NCBI GenBank assembly: GCA_963837955.1
Contig: CAWIPH010000002.1
Location: forward strand, 3,162,623-3,226,622
DNA length: 64,000 nt
From: an uncultured Verrucomicrobiae bacterium
GTDB taxonomy: Bacteria > Verrucomicrobiota > Verrucomicrobiia > Chthoniobacterales > JAFAMB01
Reading direction: 5' to 3'
Shown one piece after another: positions 1 through 9,575 of the stretch (positions are counted from its first letter, which is position 1; the number at the start of each line of letters is the position of its first letter). The position numbers and the translations under genes were made by a program. The notes below the pieces were generated by a model, which ran no database searches, had not been told where the DNA came from, and worked only from the letters and a program-made list of their open reading frames with translations.

Positions 1-161
1 GCCCATGTGCTAATGCAACAGGCCCGTCGCGCCGGTTGTTTACGCGCGCACCTGCGGGTTTAGCGTGCTAACGCAGCCTCAGACTTGCCTACTGGGGTCC
101 AATAGGAGAATTCTCAAGCATCCCATCCTTTCAATAGATCCAAACCGCCTCATAATTTTCT

Positions 162-2336
162 ATGGTCGCTCGCTTCAATTTGTTGCTCTCCTTCTTGTTC
201 GTAGCACCCCTGGCCTGGGCGGACCAAGCCAGCGAATCCGACCAATATCTTCGGCGGTTAACGGAGACCCAAAACTTTTCGCTCGGACGGCCTACCCACG
301 CCGAGCCGACGGCCGACGGGAAGTCGGTGATTTTTCTACGCGCAATCTCAGCCCAAGATCGAACGAACGCGTTATACGAATTTGACGGAGCGACCCATGA
401 GACAAAAACTTTGGTGACACCGGATGAGTTGTTACACGGTGCTACCGAGCATCTCTCTGCTGAAGAAAAGGCGCGACGTGAGCGCACTCGCACGACTACC
501 AGGGGCATCGTCGCGTTTAAGCTTTCCCGCGATGGTTCGCAGGTTCTGTTCAATCTGAATGGACAAATCTTCGTGCTAAACCGCGCCGACGGAAAAGCGA
601 CGCAGTTGCAAACCGGGGAAGGCTCAGCCATAGATCCGACTTTTTCGCCGGACGGCCAACGCGTGGCTTACGTGCGCAACAACAATCTCTTTGTTTACGA
701 TCTCCGCTCGAACCAAGAACAAGCCATCACCAAAGATGGTACCGAATTAAAATCGTATGGGATCGCCGAGTTTGTCGCCCAAGAGGAGATGGATCGAACG
801 AGCGGGTTTTGGTGGCTACCCGACAGCAGCTCCATCGTTTACCAGGTCAATGACAATTCACAGGTCGAGATCTGGAACATCGCGGATCCAGCGTTTCCAG
901 AGAATCCCCCTTTTCCTAGCCGTTACCCACGTCCAGGAAAAGCGAATGTGTCGGTCCGGCTAGCGCTCTGTTCTGTCGAACAACCCGAGGTGGTCCGGTC
1001 GATCGAATGGGACCACGACAAATATCCGTACTTGGTGCGGGTCACCGCCTCCGAGGATGGCCCGTTAACCATCACCGTCGAGACACGAGAACAACATGAT
1101 TTGGCTCTTCTGTCGGTCGACCTGTCGAACGGTCAAACGCATCCACTGGTGGAGGAACATGATCCGGCCTGGGTAAATATCGACCAGCAGATGCCACACT
1201 GGTTGCCAGGAGGAACATTCCTCTGGACCACCGAACGCGGAGGAGCCTGGCAGCTGGAGTTGCGCCGGCCAGACGGTCAGCTGGAAAAGGTTCTACTTCC
1301 CCCGAGTGCCCATTATTGGCGCCTCGGCGGTGTTACTTCCGATCAAATTTTCTATTTGGCCGATGAAGATCCCACCACCCGCGAGCTTTGGCAGATCGCA
1401 ATAGACGGAACGCGAGCGCGTAAAGTCTCAGGCGGTGTACATGAGGTCGAATTTGGAGAACATCCGAATTCTCTGTACCTAGACATCGTCGCGACACCCA
1501 ACTCTTTGCCAAAGACGTTCGTGCGGCAGGTTGACGGATCGACACTAGGCGAGCTACCGAGCGGCGCCGAGGATCCACCTTACTTTCCTCGGATCGAGTT
1601 TACTCAAGTAAATAGCGATCCCATTTTTTACGCTGTTCTAATTCGTCCCCGCGACTTCGACCCAAACAAGAAATATCCGGTCATAGTCGACGTTTACGGT
1701 GGACCTGGTTTCAACCGGGTAGTCCAATCGGCCCGGAACTACCTCATGGATCAATGGCTCGCGGACCAGGGCTTTATTGTGGTCTCGATGGATGGACGCG
1801 GAACTCCCGGTCGCGGCCGAGATTGGGAACGCGCCATCTATCTGAAGCTAGGAGAAATCCCGCTGGCAGATCAAGTGACGGCATTACGCTCACTCGGCTC
1901 GATTTATCCGGAGCTGGACTTGGATCGGGTCGGGATTTCCGGCTGGTCCTTTGGTGGATATATGTCGGTGCTAGCGGTACTGCGGCAACCGGGCGTATTC
2001 AAAGCCGCCGTCGCCGGCGCTCCTGTGACCGATTGGCTCGATTATGACACCCATTACACTGAGCGATATCTTGGTCTGCCGGGGCAAGAAATCTATACGG
2101 CAGCTTCTCTACTCGAAGACGCCCCCCGCCTGCACAATCCGTTGCTCCTGATTCACGGAACTGCCGACGATAATGTCTACTTGCGCCACAGCCTGAAATT
2201 GATAGACCAGCTCGAACGCGGCGGGCGCTCCTTCGAGTTTCTCCCGCTCCGCGGTTCGACCCATATGGTACCCGATCCGGCTTTGCGTCAACAGGTAGAA
2301 AAGCGCACTGTGACCTTTTTCCGCCAACACTTGTGA
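162..2336 (+). CDS. Secreted dipeptidyl-peptidase IV / prolyl oligopeptidase family (S9B) serine peptidase
   Basis: 724-aa ORF with a signal-like N-terminus (MVARFNLLLSFLFVAPLAWA). A long N-terminal region is followed by a C-terminal alpha/beta-hydrolase module. That module has the nucleophile elbow GWSFGGYM and downstream acid/His segments (IHGTADDNV, GSTHMV), typical of DPP-IV-like S9 peptidases. Confidence 0.9.
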   Translation: MVARFNLLLSFLFVAPLAWADQASESDQYLRRLTETQNFSLGRPTHAEPTADGKSVIFLRAISAQDRTNALYEFDGATHETKTLVTPDELLHGATEHLSAEEKARRERTRTTTRGIVAFKLSRDGSQVLFNLNGQIFVLNRADGKATQLQTGEGSAIDPTFSPDGQRVAYVRNNNLFVYDLRSNQEQAITKDGTELKSYGIAEFVAQEEMDRTSGFWWLPDSSSIVYQVNDNSQVEIWNIADPAFPENPPFPSRYPRPGKANVSVRLALCSVEQPEVVRSIEWDHDKYPYLVRVTASEDGPLTITVETREQHDLALLSVDLSNGQTHPLVEEHDPAWVNIDQQMPHWLPGGTFLWTTERGGAWQLELRRPDGQLEKVLLPPSAHYWRLGGVTSDQIFYLADEDPTTRELWQIAIDGTRARKVSGGVHEVEFGEHPNSLYLDIVATPNSLPKTFVRQVDGSTLGELPSGAEDPPYFPRIEFTQVNSDPIFYAVLIRPRDFDPNKKYPVIVDVYGGPGFNRVVQSARNYLMDQWLADQGFIVVSMDGRGTPGRGRDWERAIYLKLGEIPLADQVTALRSLGSIYPELDLDRVGISGWSFGGYMSVLAVLRQPGVFKAAVAGAPVTDWLDYDTHYTERYLGLPGQEIYTAASLLEDAPRLHNPLLLIHGTADDNVYLRHSLKLIDQLERGGRSFEFLPLRGSTHMVPDPALRQQVEKRTVTFFRQHL

Positions 2337-2524
2337 TTAAGTTAGACTTGGCATTCCGGTCGCGACGCGCCCCTCAAACGCCGTGTCCACTTCCCACGAA
2401 AAACCGATCAAGAAGACAGGCATCGCTAATACTGGACTCTTACGCGTTTTTCCGCCAACACTTGATCAGGTTAGGCGCGGCGAGTGCTTCAGCCGTGAGC
2501 TGTTTCCGAACCGAATAGATATTT

Positions 2525-2767
2525 ATGAAAGAGTCTAGACAACATACATTTACAGATTTTCTTTTTGAGCTGCTCATCTATGCCGCCCTGGTCGTAGTCT
2601 ACCTGTCTTTGGTCTTTCATTTCCTGGGCGACTGGCTCACGGCAGTCTTCAACGAAAATCGAGTCCTATACGCGGGTCTTGGTCTAGTCTTTATGCTTAT
2701 TCAGGCATTCGCTCTGGAGCGCTTGACGACCGGCCTTCTCCTCACCGTTCGCCGCCGCCAGAAATAG
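2525..2767 (+). CDS. Small two-helix membrane protein, unknown function
   Basis: 80-aa ORF with two hydrophobic stretches (LFELLIYAALVVVYLSLVFHFL and LYAGLGLVFMLIQAFAL). Its stop lies 2 nt before the next start, suggesting co-transcription with the TauE-family gene. Confidence 0.5.
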   Translation: MKESRQHTFTDFLFELLIYAALVVVYLSLVFHFLGDWLTAVFNENRVLYAGLGLVFMLIQAFALERLTTGLLLTVRRRQK

Positions 2768-2769
2768 CA

Positions 2770-3678
2770 ATGTATTTTCCTATATCGGGCGTTCATCTCG
2801 ACCCGCTGACTCTGATCGTACTAGGCTTCGTCATTGGTATACTCGGCGGGTTCTTTGGTGTTGGGGGAAGCTTTCTGGCGGGACCAGCTCTCTTTGCCCT
2901 CGGCGTTCCGTTTAATTTTGTGATCGGAACGGATCTTCTCCACATTATGGGGAAGTCAGTGGTTGCTGCTCGAGAACATCGCGCGCTCGGGAACATTGAC
3001 CTTAAATTGGCAGCGATCATGGTCATTGGGACGATCGCCGGATCCGAAACCGGCGTGCAAGCGATCGAGTATCTGAAAAAGAGCTCTCAGCTGAACCTGG
3101 TAGTTGGCACCGTGTCCATCGTCGTCTTTTCCCTGCTGGGTATCCTTTGCGGCGTGGAAGCATGGAGGGCTATACAGCTCCATCGAAATCCGACCCGAGG
3201 CAACGACCCGAAACAGGATGTTCTGGCCTTCGGCTTTTTAGCGCGCGCCATGAAAAGAATCCAGTTGCCTCCGTTTGTTAATTTGAAACGGTCCGGGATC
3301 CAATCTATTTCGATCTGGTCGATCGTCCTAGTCTCCTTGATTGGTGGTCTATTCAGTGGATTCTTGGGAGGAGGCGCTGGTTACATTCGGATGCCGTCCA
3401 TGGTTTATCTGCTCGGGATTCCAACGCACATTGCTGTCGGCACTGATCTCTTCGAAATCATCGTTTCCGCCGGATATGGCGCCACCAGGCACGCTATGAA
3501 TGGTAACGTGGACATTCTCATTGCTCTGGTCATGCAAACCGGTGCGGCGATCGGAGCACAGACGGGCGCAAACCTTACCCAATACTTTAGTGGTCCTCGA
3601 ATCCGCTTGGCGTTTGCGCCGCTACCGATAATCGGAGCGATTCTAGTCGCCCAAAAACTGCTGAGTGGCGGAAGGTAA
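2770..3678 (+). CDS. TauE/SafE (DUF81) family anion exporter-type membrane protein
   Basis: 302-aa polytopic membrane ORF with duplicated halves. Each half carries Gly-rich helices (GILGGFFGVGGSFLAGP ... GGLFSGFLGGGAGYIRMP), as in the DUF81/TauE family. Confidence 0.85.
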   Translation: MYFPISGVHLDPLTLIVLGFVIGILGGFFGVGGSFLAGPALFALGVPFNFVIGTDLLHIMGKSVVAAREHRALGNIDLKLAAIMVIGTIAGSETGVQAIEYLKKSSQLNLVVGTVSIVVFSLLGILCGVEAWRAIQLHRNPTRGNDPKQDVLAFGFLARAMKRIQLPPFVNLKRSGIQSISIWSIVLVSLIGGLFSGFLGGGAGYIRMPSMVYLLGIPTHIAVGTDLFEIIVSAGYGATRHAMNGNVDILIALVMQTGAAIGAQTGANLTQYFSGPRIRLAFAPLPIIGAILVAQKLLSGGR

Positions 3679-3687
3679 AGCCCGCAC

Positions 3688-6246
3688 TCAGCGTTTATGA
3701 TGGTGCCGATGGTACCGATGGTGCCGAGGAGTATTGGTCGGACTCTCCGACGCGGTTTCGTCCGGCGAAGGCGAAGCTGCCGCGGCCGGCGATGGGCTCA
3801 TCGATGGCTCTGGAGCCGAAGGTGAAGGCGAAGCTATCAGGGCCGGTGACGGCTTCACCGATGGCTCCACAGGCGAAGGTGTTGCGTTCGGTTGGGGCGT
3901 TGGGGTGACGAAAGGTTTGGTTAGCGTCGGAGTCGGAGTCTCCGCAGGGATCGGTGTTGGGGTCGCCAAGGCCGGAGCTTTCTCCACCGCCGATGGAGTA
4001 CCGATCGCCGGAGGAAGAGCATTCGAAGTCGGCGTAGGGGATGGAGCGGCAGAGATCGGATGCGTCGTACTAAAAAAGCTTCGGTTGATCAAATTGATCG
4101 AGAGAAAAACGACAAAACAGCCGCCGATCAACGTCCCAAGAACCGTGCCCCATCTGAGATTTGTCTTCCCGCGAATCTTCACCGGATCGGTTGGCCCGGA
4201 CCCGGAAGTTAAATCGGGAGCTCGTCGATTGTTAGCCGGGGGAGGAACGGCGGCCGGAGGGGGAAGCGGCGCATTCGGCTGGGCCGCACCACGAGAACGC
4301 TTTTCATCTGGAGAAGGAGGCGAGCCTGTGCGTCCAGTTTTCCCTTTCGAGCTGCTTTTTGACTCGGTAGGCGCCGAAGGTTCTGCCGGCGGCACAACCA
4401 CCGAGATTCTGGATCCCTCGGCGGAGGTTCCCTTGTCTCGTACCGGCTCGGAAGGTTCCCGGTCTGTATCATTGCCTTTCCGCCGGTCGACCACCGCATG
4501 AACGCCAGGCAAAAGATAGAAGTGAAGCCGACGCAACGGTTCTGGCGCCTCGGGCATAGGGATTTCCCAGTAAGCGGGACGGACGAAGGCTTCCCGTTGC
4601 AGGGCGATCGCGTGGCGCCATTCCTTTTCAACCTGAACGGACTGCGCTGAATTGCGCGACCAAAAAAGCTGGAAGATGTCGGCGTCTGTAATCATCGCGA
4701 TCAGCCGTTCATCCCAACGCTGACCGCTCCGCAATTGAACGACGTCTCGCAGATATTCGTAGCCAATCGCTCGAATATGCTTCTCCATCGCTTCAACGAC
4801 TTCGACATCCTGATGCGAATAAGACGCGAAGATCTTTCGAAACGGTTTGGCAACATCCTTTCCCCAGTTTTCCTCCTTGGTTGTCGGAATCGGCGCTGGG
4901 TCCTCCCCTACGCGCAAGTTCAATGCAATCTCGGCCAAAAGCAGGTGACCGAAAAAAATGGATAATCGACCCCGAATTAATTTTCCGGCCAGGGCAAATG
5001 GCGCACGCATGAAGAAACTCTCTTCATGCACCCGCACGCCGGACGCCCAAAAGAAGCTGCGGCGAGGTGGATTAAACTGGATACCTGGAACTTCAGGTAC
5101 CAAGGTGATTTCGCTTTCCCGAGCAATCGGAAACCGACTTTCACCGACGACATCGCGATAGTCATCGTATTCGGCACCAAGAATCTGACGGGCCCTGGTT
5201 TCAACCTCTTCAAATGCGGAAACATGCTTTGGATCCCGCGGTTCCAATTCGTCATCCAGGTGCATGAAAACGATCATGCGACGCCACTGCTCGGGACGCA
5301 TAACCGCCGGACGATACGCGGTGAACTTCACGTTCTCGTCAAGCGGAGAGGCTCTGCTCGCCTCCAGACCAGGTGGAACCTCCGGCTCAGCGGTGGAAGG
5401 CTCTCTAACCTGATGGGCTACCGTTTCCGGATACGCGGCGAACAATAGGTCACCAGCCCTTTGCGACACCCAACCAGCCACCATTTCATCCCTTCGAACC
5501 GACCCTTTATTGAGGTAACTCAACAGTTCATTTACCGTCACTTGTCGATCTCCTTCTTCGTCGGCTGCGCCATCGCGCAGGCCACGGAGGATCGATTCGG
5601 TTAGGGCGGATTGGCCGGACCTGACAGCGACGTAGTGCGCACCAGCCAGGCAGAAGGAGAGATAGTCGCTAGTCGCAACGATGGCTTGGTCACGATTAGG
5701 CACATAAAATTTCAATCCGACATCCATCGGCCGGTCGCGATCAACCAAGATTTCTGGGCTGACAATGCTTCCGAACCGGCCATCCAGGACGATGATCTGG
5801 CTTTTTGCCGCGGTTTCTTGCAGTTGCTGCTGTACGGACTCTGCCGCCAGAGCAGTATTCTGTAAGTCAGATCGATCGGTCTCCCGGAGGGCCAGAAACA
5901 GCGTATCATCGCTCTGCTTTACTAAATGGCCGATAGCATACAGGAGCACCAGATCATCGGGGTCGCGGTTCGCTAGGAGGTCGACGATCGCGGACCGGGC
6001 AGCTGCCAAGGTTGGATCAACTAAGACTGTGAGCGAGAACCCGCCAAATTCCCCAGATTGGAGCAGCTCGGTCAGCTCTTTGAGATGCGCGGTGCTCTCC
6101 GCCACGCCCGGAAATTGCGGATCCGCGTAGCCGGTCGTCGCCATGAGTAGCCCCAAACGCTTGATAGCCATAACTGTTGGCCTATATGCCAACTCTTGGA
6201 CCACATAATTACATGATTCTCCAGCCTCGATGCTGGAGTTTTTCAA
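3688..6246 (-). CDS. Membrane-anchored multidomain protein: Cys-less caspase-like domain + beta-rich middle region + TIR domain + single TM + Pro/Thr/Ser-rich tail + His-rich C-terminus
   Basis: 852-aa ORF; an alternative start at 6171 gives MAIKRLGLL. Caspase-fold pattern spans aa ~27-270: LVLLYAIGHLV (His position kept) and IIVLDGRFGS (Gly at the catalytic Cys position). TIR-like block spans aa ~470-560 (nt ~4567-4839): KIFASYSHQDVEVVEAMEKHI...DADIFQLFWSRNSAQSVQVEKEW. TM helix WGTVLGTLIGGCFVVFLSINLI is at nt ~4084-4152. The C-terminal 130 aa are P/T/S-rich and end in HHRYHRHHHKR. Confidence 0.75.
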   Translation of the reverse strand: MKNSSIEAGESCNYVVQELAYRPTVMAIKRLGLLMATTGYADPQFPGVAESTAHLKELTELLQSGEFGGFSLTVLVDPTLAAARSAIVDLLANRDPDDLVLLYAIGHLVKQSDDTLFLALRETDRSDLQNTALAAESVQQQLQETAAKSQIIVLDGRFGSIVSPEILVDRDRPMDVGLKFYVPNRDQAIVATSDYLSFCLAGAHYVAVRSGQSALTESILRGLRDGAADEEGDRQVTVNELLSYLNKGSVRRDEMVAGWVSQRAGDLLFAAYPETVAHQVREPSTAEPEVPPGLEASRASPLDENVKFTAYRPAVMRPEQWRRMIVFMHLDDELEPRDPKHVSAFEEVETRARQILGAEYDDYRDVVGESRFPIARESEITLVPEVPGIQFNPPRRSFFWASGVRVHEESFFMRAPFALAGKLIRGRLSIFFGHLLLAEIALNLRVGEDPAPIPTTKEENWGKDVAKPFRKIFASYSHQDVEVVEAMEKHIRAIGYEYLRDVVQLRSGQRWDERLIAMITDADIFQLFWSRNSAQSVQVEKEWRHAIALQREAFVRPAYWEIPMPEAPEPLRRLHFYLLPGVHAVVDRRKGNDTDREPSEPVRDKGTSAEGSRISVVVPPAEPSAPTESKSSSKGKTGRTGSPPSPDEKRSRGAAQPNAPLPPPAAVPPPANNRRAPDLTSGSGPTDPVKIRGKTNLRWGTVLGTLIGGCFVVFLSINLINRSFFSTTHPISAAPSPTPTSNALPPAIGTPSAVEKAPALATPTPIPAETPTPTLTKPFVTPTPQPNATPSPVEPSVKPSPALIASPSPSAPEPSMSPSPAAAASPSPDETASESPTNTPRHHRYHRHHHKR

Positions 6247-6570
6247 AAAAAGGGCTTTGGACCGCTCTAATAGTGATTGGGACTAGAATCTTGATCGGGG
6301 TTAGAATCAGAAATAGTGCCAGTCAGTTCTGTGCTGGCATGGTCCGGACCCCGGGCAGCTAGATGACATGCCGCAGAGTCCACGTGGATGGGCCAGCCCG
6401 CTGGGCGTTCCATCTGTCCATAATTTTGTCCAAACCAAGTCGCCAACCGCGTCGCCCCTTTTTCGGGGTCGATCCGTGAGATTGGCGACATGCCTAGACT
6501 TCTGACATGTCTGGACGGGGTCCTCAACGGACGCCAGAGTTGTCAGCAATTCATCCCGGGACGCGCCAAC

Positions 6571-6816
6571 TCAATAATAGCGCCAATGATGGTACGCCCA
6601 ATACCGATGGCGCCAATACGGACGTCTATAATAAGCGTAACCGTAGGGGCCCCAGTAATAGCCCGGCGCATAATATCCGGGACCCGCATAATAGTTGGGC
6701 CCGTAAAACACCGGCACTGGAATCGGGAATCCGATAAACCACCCGGCCTTGGACGACTGAGGCGTCAGCATCCCAAGGGTGAAAACCACACCCAAGATCA
6801 GAAACCACTTTTTCAT
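6571..6816 (-). CDS. Small secreted Tyr/Gly/Pro/Trp-rich low-complexity protein
   Basis: Start chosen at MKKWFLILGVVFTLGMLTPQSSKA (signal peptide). The mature part is GWFIGFPIPVPVFYGPNYYAGPGYYAPGYYWGPYGYAYYRRPYWRHRYWAYHHWRYY. No family recognised. The coding call rests on the signal peptide and the open frame only. Confidence 0.5.
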   Translation of the reverse strand: MKKWFLILGVVFTLGMLTPQSSKAGWFIGFPIPVPVFYGPNYYAGPGYYAPGYYWGPYGYAYYRRPYWRHRYWAYHHWRYY

Positions 6817-7048
6817 AATTGCATGATCAGACAACCAGATTCGACGTAGGTTGAGACGCGAATATTTAATTTTCGTTACACTTTTTACTAAGAATCACGA
6901 TTAATTTCCAGCTTGATGTGAGCGCCTGAACCCCTTGACGCAGAAGTGCAGAAAACATAGCTTCCCGCGAAATTGTCCTTTCCCGTTGCCGCCGGCAGGC
7001 TGCTTTCGGTTAACCGCTTTTCAGATTAATTGATCAATCGGCAAATCC

Positions 7049-8653
7049 ATGAGTGCTAGCAAACAGAACCTCGACGGCATCGAAATCGCGGGACCGCTTT
7101 CCGACCACTTTAGAGAAATCCTGACGCCCGAAGCGCTTCAACTCGTCGCTAGACTACACCGGAACTTCAATGGGCGACGCCAGGAGTTGCTGGAACGCCG
7201 AAACCGTCAGCAAGCTGAACTCGACAGCGGCAAGATTCCAGATTTTCTGCCGGAAACCGCGCAGATTCGGGCGGACAATTGGAAAGTGGCTCCCATTCCG
7301 AAGGACATAACGGACCGACGGGTCGAGATCACCGGACCTACCGACCGCAAGATGGTGATCAACGCGCTAAACTCCGGTGCAAAGGTTTTTATGGCGGATT
7401 TCGAAGACGCCAATGCTCCCACTTGGCACAACATGGTTGATGGTCACGTCAATCTTCGCGACGCCATTCGACGAACAATCGAATTTCAAAGCCCGGAAGG
7501 TAAAGCCTATCGGCTGAAAGATCAGTTGGCGGTCCTCTTTGTTCGGCCTCGAGGTTGGCATCTGATCGAAAAGCATCTGCTAGTGGACGGCGAGCCGGTA
7601 GCCGGTGGCCTTTTCGATTTCGGACTCTATCTATTTCACAACGCGAAAGAATTACTCTCCCGCGGTAGTGGCCCCTATTTCTATTTACCTAAGATGGAAA
7701 GCCATCTTGAGGCGCGACTTTGGAACGATGTTTTCAACCTCGCTCAGGACGAAATCGGTATCCCGCGCGGCAGCATTCGCGCGACGGTGTTGATCGAGAC
7801 GATCCTGGCCGCATTCGAAATGGATGAGATCCTATACGAACTGCGCGATCACTCGGCCGGTTTGAATTGCGGCCGGTGGGATTACATCTTCAGTTGTATC
7901 AAGCGATTCCGAAACAAACCTGACTTCATTCTAGCCGATCGCGCTTTGGTGACGATGACGACACATTTCATGCGGTCTTATTCGCTGTTGTGCATCAAGA
8001 CCTGCCATCGTCGCGGCATTCACGCGATGGGAGGAATGGCAGCGCAGATTCCGATTAAGAATGATGAGAAGGCAAATGCTGAAGCATTCGCCAAAGTCAA
8101 AGCAGACAAGGAACGGGAAGCCAGCGATGGTCATGACGGTACCTGGGTCGCGCATCCGGGCCTCGTTCCGGTCGCTCTGGAGGCTTTCGACGCCGTTATG
8201 AAGACACCCAACCAGATCGACCGCAAACGAGAAGACGTCCAGGTCACTGCCAAAGATGTGCTGCAATTCGGTCCGGAAGAACCGATCACCGAAAAAGGCC
8301 TCCGGACAAATGTGAGCGTCGGTGTGCAATACCTAGAGGCGTGGCTCCGGGGGTCGGGAGCAGTACCAATCTTCAACCTGATGGAAGATGCGGCGACGGC
8401 GGAAATTTCGCGGGCGCAAGTCTGGCAGTGGATCCGGAGTCCGAAAGGAAAATTGGATGATGGAAGAAAAGTGACAGCGGACCTTTTTCGCAGCATTCTC
8501 GCTGAAGAACTGCAGAAGATTAAGACAAGCGTTGGTGAAGAACGCTTCGCCAAAGGCCGCTACGGTGAAGCATCCAAACTGTTTTCTGATCTGACTACGA
8601 ACGACACCTACGTCGATTTTCTCACTCTACCGGGCTACGAACTATTGCGTTAA
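7049..8653 (+). CDS. aceB: Malate synthase A (glyoxylate cycle)
   Basis: 534-aa ORF, the expected length for malate synthase A. Characteristic blocks are present: [66 protein letters not shown] and [11 protein letters not shown]. Confidence 0.95.
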   Translation: MSASKQNLDGIEIAGPLSDHFREILTPEALQLVARLHRNFNGRRQELLERRNRQQAELDSGKIPDFLPETAQIRADNWKVAPIPKDITDRRVEITGPTDRKMVINALNSGAKVFMADFEDANAPTWHNMVDGHVNLRDAIRRTIEFQSPEGKAYRLKDQLAVLFVRPRGWHLIEKHLLVDGEPVAGGLFDFGLYLFHNAKELLSRGSGPYFYLPKMESHLEARLWNDVFNLAQDEIGIPRGSIRATVLIETILAAFEMDEILYELRDHSAGLNCGRWDYIFSCIKRFRNKPDFILADRALVTMTTHFMRSYSLLCIKTCHRRGIHAMGGMAAQIPIKNDEKANAEAFAKVKADKEREASDGHDGTWVAHPGLVPVALEAFDAVMKTPNQIDRKREDVQVTAKDVLQFGPEEPITEKGLRTNVSVGVQYLEAWLRGSGAVPIFNLMEDAATAEISRAQVWQWIRSPKGKLDDGRKVTADLFRSILAEELQKIKTSVGEERFAKGRYGEASKLFSDLTTNDTYVDFLTLPGYELLR

Positions 8654-8693
8654 TGGGGCGCATTTTTCTCTGCGGCACACGATCCGTCGAGCA

Positions 8694-9575
8694 ATGTTAA
8701 TTGACTTATCCGATCGAGCGAAGCTCCGGGTCACTGGCCCGGACCGAATCCGTTTTCTGAATGGGCAACTCACCAACGACGTAACCAAACTACAACCCGG
8801 TTTTTCGGTTCATGCTTGCGCCCTATCCGCCAAAGGAAAGCTTTGCGGTGATCTATTCGTAATTCCATTAAACGACGCTGTCATTTTGGACTACGAACGG
8901 GCGCTGCGCGACTCGATACCAGCTCGTTTGGAGAAATACCTTATCGCAGACGAAGTCGAGCTCGAAGACGTCACCGAACAATTCGCGCTGTTCCATGTTT
9001 GCAACACGGTGCTGCCAGACGCAATCCTGCCCGAAGCAACCATCACCGCCAGTAATCGCTTTGCCGTTGATGGCAAAGATCTGCTCGTTCCAGTCACGTT
9101 AAAAAGCGTGGTGCCGAAGTTGCTAAAGGAAACACCTCTGACCGACGCGGAATTGGAGCAATTCCGGGTCGAGCAAGGAATACCGCGTTGGGGTGCTGAG
9201 CTTTCTGAGGAGGTTATCCCAAACGAAGCCGGCTTGGATGAGCGGGCCATCAGCTACACCAAAGGATGCTATTTGGGCCAAGAGATAATCAGCCGAATCA
9301 AGAGCGTCGGTCACGTGAACCGGCATCTGCGCGGGATTCTCCTGATAGACGGCCCGGATCTGCAACCTGGGGACCATCTCGTGCGGGATGACGGCAAACC
9401 AATCGGCACCGTGACAAGTGCCTGCCGTAGTGTTCACCTCGATGCCTGGATCGGACTCGCCTATCTAAGACGAGGCTTCGATCGGCCTGGCTCCGTTTAT
9501 CCGGTTTCACGATCCACGACTTCTGGCTTGATTGGTAGCGCCGAAGTCCGCAGCCTTCCGTTCGTTCAATCATGA
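8694..9575 (+). CDS. ygfZ: Folate-binding YgfZ/CAF17 family protein (GcvT-like fold, Fe-S cluster repair)
   Basis: 293-aa ORF with the family signature K-G-C-Y-x-G-Q-E (ISYTKGCYLGQEIISRIK) and an aminomethyltransferase-like N-terminal half. Confidence 0.85.
   Translation: MLIDLSDRAKLRVTGPDRIRFLNGQLTNDVTKLQPGFSVHACALSAKGKLCGDLFVIPLNDAVILDYERALRDSIPARLEKYLIADEVELEDVTEQFALFHVCNTVLPDAILPEATITASNRFAVDGKDLLVPVTLKSVVPKLLKETPLTDAELEQFRVEQGIPRWGAELSEEVIPNEAGLDERAISYTKGCYLGQEIISRIKSVGHVNRHLRGILLIDGPDLQPGDHLVRDDGKPIGTVTSACRSVHLDAWIGLAYLRRGFDRPGSVYPVSRSTTSGLIGSAEVRSLPFVQS

Noticed and set aside
131-631. 166-aa minus-strand ORF at the window start, and the 65..385 + ORF
   Set aside because: Both overlap the 5' end of the well-supported DPP-IV-like gene in other frames and have no motifs.
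3734-4501. 255-aa Gly/Ala/Val-rich ORF on the + strand
   Set aside because: It is the antisense mirror of the Pro/Thr/Ser-rich tail of the 852-aa minus-strand gene. Low-complexity GC-rich codons stay open on the opposite strand. It has no independent signal.
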